A program made the position numbers and the translations under genes. From positions 1-64,000 of the forward strand of contig JAYWGM010000070.1 of assembly GCA_043778225.1 (NCBI GenBank): a stretch of 64,000 nt of DNA, in the 5' to 3' direction. Source of the DNA: Deinococcales bacterium (GTDB taxonomy: Bacteria; Deinococcota; Deinococci; Deinococcales; JAAFIG01). Shown here piece after piece: positions 18,603-29,110 of the stretch. Below the pieces are notes generated by a model. It worked only from the letters and a program-made list of their open reading frames with translations. It made no database searches and had not been told where the DNA came from. The first letter of the stretch is position 1; each line of letters starts with the position of its first letter.

Positions 18603-20450
18603 ATGACTCAATTTGTTGCTCCATCGGTACAAGCCGTCTTACCCATGCCAGTCGGTCAAACCCTCTCGAGGATGTTTTTAGCCACTGCCCAGCGCCGCCA
18701 GAATGCCATCGCCCTGCGCCGTAAAGAATTTGGGGTCTGGAAAGGTATTTCGTGGCTCGAGTACGAGCAACAAGCCAGAGCCGTGGCTGGGGCGCTGCTG
18801 GCTTGGGGCTTAGAAGCCAACCAAAGTGTGGCGGTGCTGGGCGAGAACCGTCCAGAATGGGTGATTGCTGACCAAGGCATCATGTTGGCGGCTGGCGTAA
18901 CGGCAGGTATTTATGCCACCAATGCCGCCGAGGGGGTGCAGTATGTTTTAGAGCATTCTGATTCGCGCTTTGTGATTCTCGAGAACATCGAACAGCTTGA
19001 TAAAGTCCTAGAAGTGCGTGCCAGTCTGCCAAAACTCGAGCGGATTATCGTCATGGATGTTAAGGGCTTACAAAGTTTCAAAGACCCCATGGTTTTGTTC
19101 TGGCAAGATTTTTTACAAATCGGTCTGGCATGGCTGCAAAACCCAAGCCACGCCGCCACACTGGAGGCACGGATTGCCAATCGCTTGCCCGACGACCCAG
19201 CGCTGTTTATTTATACTTCTGGCACGACTGGCAGACCCAAAGGCGCAATTTTATCGCATAAAAATTTGGTCTTTGCTTCGGGTTGTATGTCCAATCAGAA
19301 TCCGATGTACGAAAGCGACGAAGTGCTGTCGTTTTTGCCGTTGTCGCACATCACCGAACGAATGCTCAGTGTGGCGTTTCCAAGCCGTTATGGCTTTGTG
19401 GTCAATTTTGTTGAAAGCCCCGAAATGGTGCTGCAAAATATCTATGAAGTTCGTCCAACAATCTTTTTTGCCGTGCCGCGCATCTGGGAAAAAATCATGA
19501 GCGGTATCGAAATTCGCATGACTCGAGCTGATGCCTTAAAGCGGGTTGCCTTTCGCTGGGCGACGGCTCGAGGACGTGAGATGGGACGTGCCAAACTCGA
19601 GTCGCGCAGCCCAAGTGTTGCCAGTCAGATTGCTTATTTGGGGGTACTGCGAAGCCTCAAACAAAAACTTGGCTTAGACCGAGCGCGTTTTGTGCTGTCG
19701 GGTTCTGCACCAATTGCGCCCAGTGTCCTCGAGTTTTTTCATGGGCTTGGAGTCCAAATCCGCGAAGGTTACGGGCAGACCGAAGGCGCGGCTGCCGCCA
19801 CAATCCATCAGGGTTTTCCGTTTAAGCTCGGCACAGTCGGGCAAGCGCTGCTGGGTATCGAGATTAAAATTGCCACAGATGGCGAAATTCTACTGCGTGG
19901 CGACCATGTTTTTTTGGGCTACCACAAAGACGAACGCGCCACCCAAGAAACGGTTCAAAACGGTTGGTTACTGACTGGCGATATTGGCGAACTGGACGAA
20001 GCTGGCAATTTAACGATTACAGGGCGTAAAAAGGATATTTTTATCACTGCCGCAGGTAAAAATATCGCACCAGCCTATATCGAAAATAAGCTCAAAGCCA
20101 GCAGTTTTATCAACGATTCGGTATTGATTGGCGACGCTAAAAAATTCTTAACCGCGATTGTTATTGTGGATGAAGACAGTGTGTCCGAGTGGGCGCAAGC
20201 GCGAAAAATTCCCTTCACGACCTACACCGACCTTGTACAAAACGAAGACGTGGTTAAACTCATCGAGGGCGAAATCGAGACGGTCAATAAAACGCTGGCT
20301 CGAGCCGAACAGGTCAAAAAATTTAGGATTCTGCCAAAAAAATTAGCCCAAGAAGACGGTGATGTCACCCCGACCTTAAAAGTCAAACGTGCCAGCATCC
20401 TAAAAACCTATGCGGGTTTGATTGATTCCATGTACCAAGGCAACGATTAA
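18603..20450 (+). CDS. AMP-dependent long-chain acyl-CoA synthetase
   Basis: YTSGTTGRPKG, EGYGQTE, TGDIG, GRKKDIFITAAGKNIAP. Confidence 0.9.
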   Translation: MTQFVAPSVQAVLPMPVGQTLSRMFLATAQRRQNAIALRRKEFGVWKGISWLEYEQQARAVAGALLAWGLEANQSVAVLGENRPEWVIADQGIMLAAGVTAGIYATNAAEGVQYVLEHSDSRFVILENIEQLDKVLEVRASLPKLERIIVMDVKGLQSFKDPMVLFWQDFLQIGLAWLQNPSHAATLEARIANRLPDDPALFIYTSGTTGRPKGAILSHKNLVFASGCMSNQNPMYESDEVLSFLPLSHITERMLSVAFPSRYGFVVNFVESPEMVLQNIYEVRPTIFFAVPRIWEKIMSGIEIRMTRADALKRVAFRWATARGREMGRAKLESRSPSVASQIAYLGVLRSLKQKLGLDRARFVLSGSAPIAPSVLEFFHGLGVQIREGYGQTEGAAAATIHQGFPFKLGTVGQALLGIEIKIATDGEILLRGDHVFLGYHKDERATQETVQNGWLLTGDIGELDEAGNLTITGRKKDIFITAAGKNIAPAYIENKLKASSFINDSVLIGDAKKFLTAIVIVDEDSVSEWAQARKIPFTTYTDLVQNEDVVKLIEGEIETVNKTLARAEQVKKFRILPKKLAQEDGDVTPTLKVKRASILKTYAGLIDSMYQGND

Positions 20451-20470
20451 GGTGTTAGATTAGAGACCGC

Positions 20471-21556
20471 ATGGCAATTACAATTCAGTTACATAAGCAA
20501 ATGTTTAGCCAAACTCAACACAAGCTGCTCGAGACTCCAGATTTTCGAGCCGAGACTTTTTTATACCCCAGCGGAGTGCATGGTCTGCGGCTCGAGAACG
20601 CTCTTGGGCATTTAATCATGCTGCCGTTTCAAGGGCAGCAAATCTGGGATGCGGTGCTGCATGGGCGCTGCTTAACCATGAAAAGTATGTTTGAAGCGCC
20701 AAAGCCAACCCTGAGCTATTTAGAAAATTATGGTGGTTTATTGCTGCACTGTGGAATCACCGCCATGGGTGTGCCAAGCGCAACAGACTCCCACCCGCTT
20801 CATGGCGAATTACCCAATGCACCCTATCAAAGTGCTTATTTGCGTTTATCCCAAGACCAGCACGGGGCATATTTGGCACTTGGCGGCACATACCAGCACA
20901 CGGTTGCCTTTGCCCACAATTACCAAGCCATGCCCGAAGTGCGTTTTTATGCCAACTCGAGCCATGTGGCGGTACATTTTGCAGTTCAAAACCTCAAAAA
21001 CAGCCCAATGGAACTGATGTATCTGGCGCACTTAAACCTGCGCCCCAAAGACGAAGCCGAGTTATTGTACAGCGCTCAGGTTTCGCCACAAACGGTGCGA
21101 ATTCGCAAGACCATACCGGCTCATGCCCAATTCTCGAGCCAAGCGTGGCAACAACTTGAGCAACTCGAGCAGCACCCAGAATGGCATCATCAGCTTAAAA
21201 CTGGCGTAACTTACGACCCCGAAATTGTCTTTTTTATAGATTACCAAGCCGACCAAAACGGCTGGGCGCACAGCTTGCAGCAGCACCCGGATGGCACTGC
21301 CGACCATGTGATGCACCGCCCGAGCCAGTTACCTGTAGGAGTGCGTTGGCTGACCCGCACGCCAGACCAAGATGGGCTAGGACTGGTGCTGCCAGCCACT
21401 GCCGAACCAACTGGTTACAGCAGCCAAAAAGCGGCTGGGCGAATCGTTGAAGTCGCGGCTAAGGCAAGTTGGTCTTGCGAATACCATTTTGCGGTTCTCG
21501 AGCCACAAGAAGTTGCCCCAATTGAAGCTAAAATACAAGCGATTCTCGAGCAGTAG
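20471..21556 (+). CDS. DUF4432 / aldose 1-epimerase-like protein
   Basis: [35 protein letters not shown] motifs. Confidence 0.75.
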   Translation: MAITIQLHKQMFSQTQHKLLETPDFRAETFLYPSGVHGLRLENALGHLIMLPFQGQQIWDAVLHGRCLTMKSMFEAPKPTLSYLENYGGLLLHCGITAMGVPSATDSHPLHGELPNAPYQSAYLRLSQDQHGAYLALGGTYQHTVAFAHNYQAMPEVRFYANSSHVAVHFAVQNLKNSPMELMYLAHLNLRPKDEAELLYSAQVSPQTVRIRKTIPAHAQFSSQAWQQLEQLEQHPEWHHQLKTGVTYDPEIVFFIDYQADQNGWAHSLQQHPDGTADHVMHRPSQLPVGVRWLTRTPDQDGLGLVLPATAEPTGYSSQKAAGRIVEVAAKASWSCEYHFAVLEPQEVAPIEAKIQAILEQ

Positions 21557-21564
21557 GAGGTCTT

Positions 21565-22569
21565 ATGGCAAGAAGTGTGACATTATTTACTGGGCAATGG
21601 GCAGATTTACCACTGGCAGAACTTGCGCCACTGGCAAAAAGCATGGGTTATGATGGTCTCGAGTTAGCGTGCTGGGGTGATCATTTTGATGTCCAAGCGG
21701 CTTTGGCTAGTCCGAGTTATCTCGAGCAAAAACACGCTCTTTTGGAACAACATGGTCTGACCTGCCACGCAATTTCGGCGCATTTGGTCGGGCAAGCCGT
21801 CTGCGACCATATAGACGAGCGCCACAAGGCTATTTTGCCGCCTCATGTTTGGGGCGATGGCAACTCCGAAGGTGTGCGCCAAAGAGCAGCCCTCGAGATT
21901 GCCGATACGGCTCGAGCGGCGGCAAAATTTGGAGTCAAGACGGTCAATGGTTTTACTGGCTCGAGCATCTGGCACACCTTGTATGCTTTTCCGCCAACCA
22001 GCCAAGCCTATTGGGAGGCGGGTTTTACCGATTTTGCTAAGCGTTGGCTACCGATTCTCGAGGTCTTTGACCAGCACGAGATCAATTTCGCACTCGAGGT
22101 TCACCCGACCGAAATTGCTTTTGACACCGCCAGTGCCGAACGGGCTTTATTGGCATTAAACCACCACAAACGCTTTGGTTTTAATTACGACCCAAGTCAT
22201 TTGGGCTATCAAGGCGTGGATTATGTGCGTTTCATTCGCACCTTTGCCAAGCAAATTTTCCATGTTCATATGAAGGATGTTTGGTGGGGACATGGCACGG
22301 GCGAAGCTGGGGTTTTTGGTGGACACACCAGCTTTGGCGACTCGAGGCGCTTCTGGGATTTTCGCAGTGTTGGGCGCGGCGATATTCACTTTGAAGAAAT
22401 TATTGTGGCGCTCAACGACATTGGTTACACAGGTCCGCTTTCGGTCGAGTGGGAAGATAGCCGCATGGACAGAATCCATGGCGCAACCGAAAGTGCCGCC
22501 TACTGTAAAAAACTCGATTTTAAGCCAAGCACCAGAGCTTTTGACAGTGCTTTTGAAAAGGAGCAATAA
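21565..22569 (+). CDS. Sugar phosphate isomerase/epimerase (xylose isomerase-like TIM barrel)
   Basis: [36 protein letters not shown]. Confidence 0.88.
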   Translation: MARSVTLFTGQWADLPLAELAPLAKSMGYDGLELACWGDHFDVQAALASPSYLEQKHALLEQHGLTCHAISAHLVGQAVCDHIDERHKAILPPHVWGDGNSEGVRQRAALEIADTARAAAKFGVKTVNGFTGSSIWHTLYAFPPTSQAYWEAGFTDFAKRWLPILEVFDQHEINFALEVHPTEIAFDTASAERALLALNHHKRFGFNYDPSHLGYQGVDYVRFIRTFAKQIFHVHMKDVWWGHGTGEAGVFGGHTSFGDSRRFWDFRSVGRGDIHFEEIIVALNDIGYTGPLSVEWEDSRMDRIHGATESAAYCKKLDFKPSTRAFDSAFEKEQ

Positions 22570-22572
22570 ATC

Positions 22573-23718
22573 ATGCAGCGTAAACTCAGGTACGGAATGG
22601 TCGGTGGCGGGCGCGATGCCTTTATTGGAGCAGTTCACCGTAAAGTCATGGCACTGGATGGAATGTATGAACTGGTGGCTGGCGCACTCTCGAGCCACCC
22701 CGAAAAAGCGATTTTATCTGGGCAAGACTTGGGTTTAGCCAGAAATTATGGCACGTGGCAAGCCATGCTCGAGTCCGAAATGGCACTGCCCACCGAACAG
22801 CGGATTGATGTTGTCAGCATTGTTACCCCTAACCATGTGCATTACCCCGTGGCACAGGCTTTTGCATCAGCCGGCATCCATGTGATTTGCGATAAACCCC
22901 TTGTCCACACTTCCCAGCAAGCCCAAAGCCTGCTTGAGACCGTCAAAAAGTCTGGCGTGGTCTTTGCTGTGACCTACAATTACACGGGCTACCCAATGGT
23001 CAAGCAAGCTCGAGAAATGGTGCAATCTGGGCAGCTTGGACAAATCCGCAAAATTATTGTTGAGTACAACCAAGGCTGGCTTGCCACCAAACTCGAGGAA
23101 TCTGGGCAAAAACAAGCCGATTGGCGCACTGACCCAGCCAGAAGCGGCGCGGCTGGCTGCATTGGCGACATTGGCTCGCACGCCGAAAACCTGATGCACT
23201 GCGTGACTGGACTCGAGCTAGAAAGCATCTGTGCCGACTTAACAACTTTTGTTGAAGGCAGGCAACTCGACGACGATGGAAATTTGCTGATGCGTTTTGT
23301 GGGCGGCGCAAAAGGGGTAATGATTGCTTCGCAAATCCAGATTGGTGGCGAAAACGATGTCCGTTTGCGGGTTTTTGGTACCCAAGGCGGCATCGAGTGG
23401 CATCAGGAAAACCCAAATTATCTCGAGTACAACCCAGTTAATGCCCCACGCCAAATCCTGACTCGAGGCTCTGGTTATGTCGGTGCCGCCGCCCAAAAAG
23501 CCAGTCGGATTCCGGCGGGGCATCCAGAAGCTTTTTTAGAAGCCTTTGCCAATGTTTATATTGGTGCTGCCGAAGCCATCCATGCCAAACTCGAAGGGCG
23601 CAGCCTTGGCGCACTCGAAGGCGATTACCCGACCCTCGAGGACGGCGCACGAGGTGTGAAATTTATTGAACGCACCGTAGAAAGCGCTGGCTCGCGCCAG
23701 AAATGGACAGCTTTTTAA
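22573..23718 (+). CDS. Gfo/Idh/MocA oxidoreductase
   Basis: GMVGGG, TPNHVH, CDKP, GDIGSH. Confidence 0.9.
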   Translation: MQRKLRYGMVGGGRDAFIGAVHRKVMALDGMYELVAGALSSHPEKAILSGQDLGLARNYGTWQAMLESEMALPTEQRIDVVSIVTPNHVHYPVAQAFASAGIHVICDKPLVHTSQQAQSLLETVKKSGVVFAVTYNYTGYPMVKQAREMVQSGQLGQIRKIIVEYNQGWLATKLEESGQKQADWRTDPARSGAAGCIGDIGSHAENLMHCVTGLELESICADLTTFVEGRQLDDDGNLLMRFVGGAKGVMIASQIQIGGENDVRLRVFGTQGGIEWHQENPNYLEYNPVNAPRQILTRGSGYVGAAAQKASRIPAGHPEAFLEAFANVYIGAAEAIHAKLEGRSLGALEGDYPTLEDGARGVKFIERTVESAGSRQKWTAF

Positions 23719-24902
23719 GGTTTAATTTTCTCGAGTATATCAGCAGCAATTCGGGCTGCACCACCCGCTAAGCCCATGCGTTCAAGCCCAACCGCTCGAG
23801 CCGCTGTCTGGTCGGCTTGGCGAATTGCCCTGACCAAATCCAAAGGGCTTGGTTGCTCGAGTAAGGTCAATCCAGCCCCAAGTAACCGAGCTTGGGCTTG
23901 GGCAAAATTTTTGGTGTACTGTGGTCCTTTGGTGGCAAAGCCAATTACGGGTTTTCCAAGTCCCACAGCTTGTTCGTTGCCTGTACCGCTCGTGCCAAGT
24001 ACGACCTGTGCTTGGTGCAGCAAAGCTGCAAAACTATGGGTGTGCATTAAAACCTGTGCTCCATTGGTGTGCAAGGCTGCTCGAGAGTTATCCACAGAAT
24101 CTCGAGTTATCCACAGCCAGTTTGTGGATAACTCGAGGCGTGAATCAAATTGCGTCAGGGCTGCAAAAGTCTGGTATTCGGGCAGCAGTGCCGCCACCTC
24201 AAGCATTTTTGGCAGGCTCTCGAGGTGGTCGTCACGTGTTCCGGGCAGCAGCAGCAGCACTGGCTGACCATTCAAAATAGGGCTTAAATCCAATTCTGGC
24301 TCGAGGCAATCCATCATCAGGTTGCCCAAAAAACTTGCGTGGGCTACCCCAAGTTCTTGCAGCCATTGGGCGGTGCGGCTATCCCGTGCATAGACATGGC
24401 GCACCATATTTTTCATCAGCCATAATTCTGGAGCAGTAAAACTGTCTACCGTTACACGGTTGAGGCGCTCGAGTTTATTCTTGGCGCTCATTCCGTCTTG
24501 GTAGTAGCGACTGACCAAGGGCTGAACCTGAAAAACAATTGGCTTGGCTTCCTTAAAAGCAAAAAGTTTGGTCACACCAAGCGCATAAATGTCGCCAACC
24601 ACAATCACTACATCGGCTTTGGCACGACGCACCGCCCAGTGTTGTTGGTGGGTCTGTTGGCGCATTCCGTCGCGCCAATCCTCGAGCAACCGCGCCAAGC
24701 TGGTAAAGGTAAACCCGCCTGACGGCGGTGACCAACGCGGACCCAAAACGCGCACCCCAAGCTGCTCATAAGGATTACCAGCCCCAACAATTGGTACAGC
24801 CTCGAGTTCAAAATCTGGGCGTAGCCTCTGAAATTCTTTTGCCAACCGAGCGCCAAGGGTATCTTCGCCGTGACCGTTGGAAATAAAAAGAATTTTGGGC
24901 AT
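23715..24902 (-). CDS. Lipid-A-disaccharide synthase-related glycosyltransferase (TIGR03492-like)
   Basis: [41 protein letters not shown]. Confidence 0.8.
   Translation of the reverse strand: MPKILFISNGHGEDTLGARLAKEFQRLRPDFELEAVPIVGAGNPYEQLGVRVLGPRWSPPSGGFTFTSLARLLEDWRDGMRQQTHQQHWAVRRAKADVVIVVGDIYALGVTKLFAFKEAKPIVFQVQPLVSRYYQDGMSAKNKLERLNRVTVDSFTAPELWLMKNMVRHVYARDSRTAQWLQELGVAHASFLGNLMMDCLEPELDLSPILNGQPVLLLLPGTRDDHLESLPKMLEVAALLPEYQTFAALTQFDSRLELSTNWLWITRDSVDNSRAALHTNGAQVLMHTHSFAALLHQAQVVLGTSGTGNEQAVGLGKPVIGFATKGPQYTKNFAQAQARLLGAGLTLLEQPSPLDLVRAIRQADQTAARAVGLERMGLAGGAARIAADILEKIKP
24080..24137. promoter_or_regulatory. Cluster of three perfect DnaA boxes interleaved with CTCGAG (intragenic)
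   Basis: TTATCCACA 24088-24096 and 24107-24115, TGTGGATAA 24123-24131; CTCGAG at 24080, 24101 and 24132. Confidence 0.7.
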
Positions 24903-24962
24903 AGGCGATATCTAGTTTACCTTGTGTTGTCACCGCGTAGCGCAAAAAGTAGACTAACAAAC

Positions 24963-25481
24963 ATGAACCCAGAGCGCCCAACGCTAGAAGAACACTTGCC
25001 CTACTTCTCGAGGTACATTGACCTTGTGCCGGAAGGCGACATCAATACCCTGCTCGAGTCGCAATTGATGCCATTTGAAGCCAAGCTCAGAGCTTTGAGT
25101 GCTGACCAGTTGCAGCACCGTTACGCCCCAGAAAAATGGAATACGCTACAAATCATAAAGCACTTGTCGGATACCGAGCGGGTTTTTTCGTATCGAGCCG
25201 TCCACTTTGCTCGAGGCGACAGCAGCCCATTGCCGAGTTTTGACCAAGATACATGGCTCAAACAGACCACCAGCCAAGACCTCGATAGGTTGTTGCTCGA
25301 GTGGCAAAGTGTGCGGCAGTCGGCAGTCTATCTTTTCTCGAGCTTAGATGGTGCTGCGTGGTTACGCCGTGGGACTGCCAGTGGTCATCCGATGAGTTCG
25401 AGGGCGTGTGCTTATATTATTGTTGGGCATCTGATGTATCACCAAGAGTTGCTGCGCCAAAAATATGGCTTGGCGGTTTAA
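24963..25481 (+). CDS. DinB family protein
   Basis: YAPEKW, HLSDTERVF, GHLMYH; TAGACT -10 at 24950. Confidence 0.85.
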   Translation: MNPERPTLEEHLPYFSRYIDLVPEGDINTLLESQLMPFEAKLRALSADQLQHRYAPEKWNTLQIIKHLSDTERVFSYRAVHFARGDSSPLPSFDQDTWLKQTTSQDLDRLLLEWQSVRQSAVYLFSSLDGAAWLRRGTASGHPMSSRACAYIIVGHLMYHQELLRQKYGLAV

Positions 25482-25637
25482 GCTAAGTCAAAACGCTAAA
25501 GACAAGTTGATTTTCACTTGAGTGAACCAGCCAAGATAATCCTTATTCTCGAGCCTCAACCACTGGCGGCGGTAGGCTTTCAGGTTGTTGCTGTTTAGGC
25601 AAGGCGCGGCTCAGTCGAGAATTGTTCTCTAAGCCCC

Positions 25638-25656
25638 TTGACATGGAAGCGCTTCC
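25638..25656 (+). promoter_or_regulatory. Putative -35 box (TTGACA) with adjacent LacI-family operator GGAAGCGCTTCC
   Basis: Perfect 12-bp palindrome with a central AAGCGCTT core, directly after TTGACA upstream of the pullulanase gene. Confidence 0.65.
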
Positions 25657-25738
25657 TCGGGAAACTGGTACATCCCTTGTCAAATATCCAGCTTTCGAGC
25701 CAAAACTCGAGTGCTTTTGACTCGAGTCTTGGAGGTTT

Positions 25739-28700
25739 ATGAAACAATTTTTGGTGGTCATCGCCCTGATGCTTGGTTTGGCTTTTGCGCTCTCGAGCGC
25801 CCAGAGTAACCGCGTCGTCACGCTGCCCGGCAGCATTCAAAAAGCCCTTGGGGGTAAAGAATGGGATCCGGGCGGCGAAGTCACCCGCATGACCGAAGTC
25901 AGTGCCGATTTATACGAATTTGTGGCGGCTTTCCCCAAAGGCAAATACGAATTCAAAGTGGCGGTTGGTGGCACTTGGGACGAAAATTACGGTAAAAACG
26001 GCGAAAAAGGCGGCGCAAATTTAACACTTGATGTCCCAGCCGACAATACGATTGTTAAATTTGTGTTTAACTACACAACGAAAAAAATTATGGATAGCCT
26101 AAACAACCCCACCGAAGTCACTGCACCCGCGACCGTTCCTGCTCGAGCCGCCCCCGTTTCTGCCCCGATTAGCGAAGGCACAACTCGCTTTATTGTGCAT
26201 TACAAGCGCACCAGAGGCGATTATGAAGGCTGGAATCTGTGGGTTTGGGCAGATGGCAGCGACGGTCAGAGTTATAAATTCAATGGCTCGGATGATTTTG
26301 GGCTGGTTGCCACGCTTGATTTACCTGTGGCGGTGGCAAAAGTCAATTTTATTGTCCGTTTGGGCGATTGGCAAGCCAAAGACACCGAAAGCGATCGCTT
26401 TGCAACGGTACAAAATAGCAAAGCCGAAATTTGGTTATTGCAAGGCAACAAAGAGGTTTTTGAGTCTCGAGCCAAAGTAGATACCTTTGCAGCCAGTGCT
26501 GCCCCGCCACGTGGCGAACCTGCCTTTTTGGACAGCCCAAGTGTGATTAAAGCCTGGATTCCAAAGGCACTGACCCCAGAAAGTCTCAACGGTAAAATTG
26601 CCTTAACCATCAATGGTAAACCACTGGCGATTAAATCCATTGGGGCTGGTGGTGCGCCTGTGCTGGCTAATACCGACAGTGTAGACCCCACCAAGGTCGT
26701 GCTGGCTGGCACAATCCAAGGCGCTTTGGGTGGCACAGACTGGAATCCCAACGGCGACATCACCCGCATGACCGAAATTGCTAAGGGTGTCTTTGAATTT
26801 GTGGCGGCATTCCCCAAAGGTAATTACGAGTACAAAGTGGCTCGAGGTGGGGCTTGGACTGAAAATTATGGAGCAGATTTTGCGCCAGACGGTGGCAATA
26901 TCGGTTTAGCGGTGGCAACCGATGGCACAATTGTGCGCTTTGTGGTGGATTTTAATACCAAAACCATTCAAGACAGCCTAAACAACAAAAATATCATTGC
27001 ACCTGCCACTGTTGTAGCCCGAGCCATAATCGCTAAACCAAGCACAGGACCAGTCCAAGTGCTGGCAATCAACCTCGAGAAACCAATGAGCCCCAAAGAA
27101 ATCAGTGGCTTGATCGAAATGAAAATTGAAGGTGATTTACCGCGCACGGTCTATGCCCGAGAAATCCTTGACGGCAAAGAGTACCAGTACAATAAAGACG
27201 ACCTTGGCAATCGCTACAGCAAAAACCAAACGGTCTTTAAGGTTTGGTCGCCAGTCTCGAGCAGTGCTGAATTGTTTATTTTTGATAATCTAACCGACGG
27301 ACCAAGCGAAATCATAGACTTACAACGTGGCTCGGCTGGGGTCTGGTTTGCAGTCGCCAAAGGCGATTTGCACGGCAAGTATTACCAGTACCGCTTTAAG
27401 TCTTATGGCGAAACTCGAGTGGCTGCCGATGTCAATTCTTATGCTGCCAGTAGCGATTCGAGCCGCAGCATGGTGGTGGATTTAACGCGCACCAACCCAA
27501 AAAACTGGACATTGCCTAAACCAACCCAACGCCCACAAACCGAAAGCATTTTGTACGAGCTTCATGTCAGGGACTTGACGAGCGACTCCTCGAGTGGTGT
27601 ACCCGAAAGCCTGCGTGGCAAGTACCTTGGCTTTGCCCGTGGTGGCACAAAAACCTCGAGCGGCGCAAGCACTGGCTTGGATTACCTCAAAAGCCTTGGT
27701 GTGACCGATTTGCACCTCCTGCCGATTCAGAATTTTAATCCAAAAAACAGTGGTGTTTATAACTGGGGTTACGAAACCAATTTGTTTAATATGCCCGAGG
27801 AACAGTACAGCACCGACCCAAACGACCCAATCAAAACCATTCTCGAGACCAAAACCATGTTCCAAGCGATTCGAGAAGCTGGTATGCGGGTGATCATGGA
27901 TGTTGTTTATAACCATACTGTTCCGGCTCGGGGCGAAGAAAGCGCTTTTTGGCAAACTGTGCCGTATTATTATTTTCGGACCAACGACCAAGGGCAAGTC
28001 TTGAACGAATCTGGTGTCGGCAACGCGCTGCACGATGACCGCCCAATGGTCCGTAAGTACATCCGCGAGAGTGTTCTGTTTTGGACAAAAGAATACGGCG
28101 TAGATGGCTACCGTTTTGATTTAATCGGGATGTTCACCAAAGGTACAGTAACCGATTTCACGGCTGCTTTACGCAAAATCCGCCCAGACATTGTGTTGTA
28201 TGGCGAACCTTGGACGGGTGGCGGACCGACCCGTTTTGGCAAGGGTTCGCAGCGCGGCACAGAATTTGCAGTTTTTAACGACAACATCCGCAATGCGATG
28301 CGTGGCGATTTGGACGGTACAAAAGCTGGCTTTGTGATGGGTGGCTTAACCAGCTTAACAGCCATCAAAAAAGGCATTGTCGGCAGCATTAATTACGAAG
28401 GTAGCATCGCGGATTTTACCGACAGCCCACTCGAGACGATCAACTATATTTCGGCACACGACAACCTAACGCTCTGGGATAAAATGGACAAAGCCATGCC
28501 AAACACCCCCATCGCCTTAAAAGCTCGAGCTGTGCAACTTGGTGGCGCAATTGTGCTGACCAGTCAGGGTGTGCCATTTCTCGAGGGCGGTGTGGAAATG
28601 GGGCGCACCAAAGGCGGCAACAACAACAGTTATAACGCTGGCGATGGTGCAAATAAATTTGACTGGAACAGAGCCGCGCAGTTCCCCGAGGTGCAAAAGT

Positions 28701-29029
28701 ATTACAAAGGTTTAATCGCGATTCGTAAAGCCCACCCAGCTTTTAAGCTGACCACCGCCGAGCAAATTCGTAAGCACCTCAAATTCTTACCCGACTCGAG
28801 CCTGCCCAGTGGCGTGGTGGCGTATACCCTCGATGGTACAGCCGCCAAGGACAGTTGGAAACGAATTGTGGTGATTCTGCATGGCACGAAAAGCGAACAG
28901 ACCATGGCGCTGCCAGCCGGCACTTGGAATATCGCTGCCAACGGCACAAATGCGAGTAACAGCAGCCTTGGTAAAGTCTCGGGTAGCCTCAAGCTCGAGC
29001 CACTGAGCGCTTATATTCTTTATCAATAA
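25739..29029 (+). CDS. pulA: Secreted type I pullulanase (GH13) with duplicated X25-like and CBM41-like modules
   Basis: YNWGY, DVVYNH, DGYRFD, YGEPW, YISAHDN; signal peptide; GGAGG SD. Confidence 0.92.
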   Translation: MKQFLVVIALMLGLAFALSSAQSNRVVTLPGSIQKALGGKEWDPGGEVTRMTEVSADLYEFVAAFPKGKYEFKVAVGGTWDENYGKNGEKGGANLTLDVPADNTIVKFVFNYTTKKIMDSLNNPTEVTAPATVPARAAPVSAPISEGTTRFIVHYKRTRGDYEGWNLWVWADGSDGQSYKFNGSDDFGLVATLDLPVAVAKVNFIVRLGDWQAKDTESDRFATVQNSKAEIWLLQGNKEVFESRAKVDTFAASAAPPRGEPAFLDSPSVIKAWIPKALTPESLNGKIALTINGKPLAIKSIGAGGAPVLANTDSVDPTKVVLAGTIQGALGGTDWNPNGDITRMTEIAKGVFEFVAAFPKGNYEYKVARGGAWTENYGADFAPDGGNIGLAVATDGTIVRFVVDFNTKTIQDSLNNKNIIAPATVVARAIIAKPSTGPVQVLAINLEKPMSPKEISGLIEMKIEGDLPRTVYAREILDGKEYQYNKDDLGNRYSKNQTVFKVWSPVSSSAELFIFDNLTDGPSEIIDLQRGSAGVWFAVAKGDLHGKYYQYRFKSYGETRVAADVNSYAASSDSSRSMVVDLTRTNPKNWTLPKPTQRPQTESILYELHVRDLTSDSSSGVPESLRGKYLGFARGGTKTSSGASTGLDYLKSLGVTDLHLLPIQNFNPKNSGVYNWGYETNLFNMPEEQYSTDPNDPIKTILETKTMFQAIREAGMRVIMDVVYNHTVPARGEESAFWQTVPYYYFRTNDQGQVLNESGVGNALHDDRPMVRKYIRESVLFWTKEYGVDGYRFDLIGMFTKGTVTDFTAALRKIRPDIVLYGEPWTGGGPTRFGKGSQRGTEFAVFNDNIRNAMRGDLDGTKAGFVMGGLTSLTAIKKGIVGSINYEGSIADFTDSPLETINYISAHDNLTLWDKMDKAMPNTPIALKARAVQLGGAIVLTSQGVPFLEGGVEMGRTKGGNNNSYNAGDGANKFDWNRAAQFPEVQKYYKGLIAIRKAHPAFKLTTAEQIRKHLKFLPDSSLPSGVVAYTLDGTAAKDSWKRIVVILHGTKSEQTMALPAGTWNIAANGTNASNSSLGKVSGSLKLEPLSAYILYQ

Positions 29030-29037
29030 GTAAAATT

Positions 29038-29070
29038 TGCAACCCCTCGAGACCGTCTCGAGGGGTTGCA
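29038..29070. terminator. Perfect inverted repeat / bidirectional terminator containing two CTCGAG
   Basis: TGCAACCCCTCGAGAC-C-GTCTCGAGGGGTTGCA between convergent genes. Confidence 0.8.
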
Positions 29071-29110
29071 GCTTGAAGGTCAAAAAATCTTATATTTTCC
29101 CAAGAAAAAT

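Noticed and set aside
24080..24137. DnaA-box cluster as oriC
   Set aside because: It is intragenic, has only three boxes, has no AT-rich unwinding element, and dnaA/dnaN are not in the window
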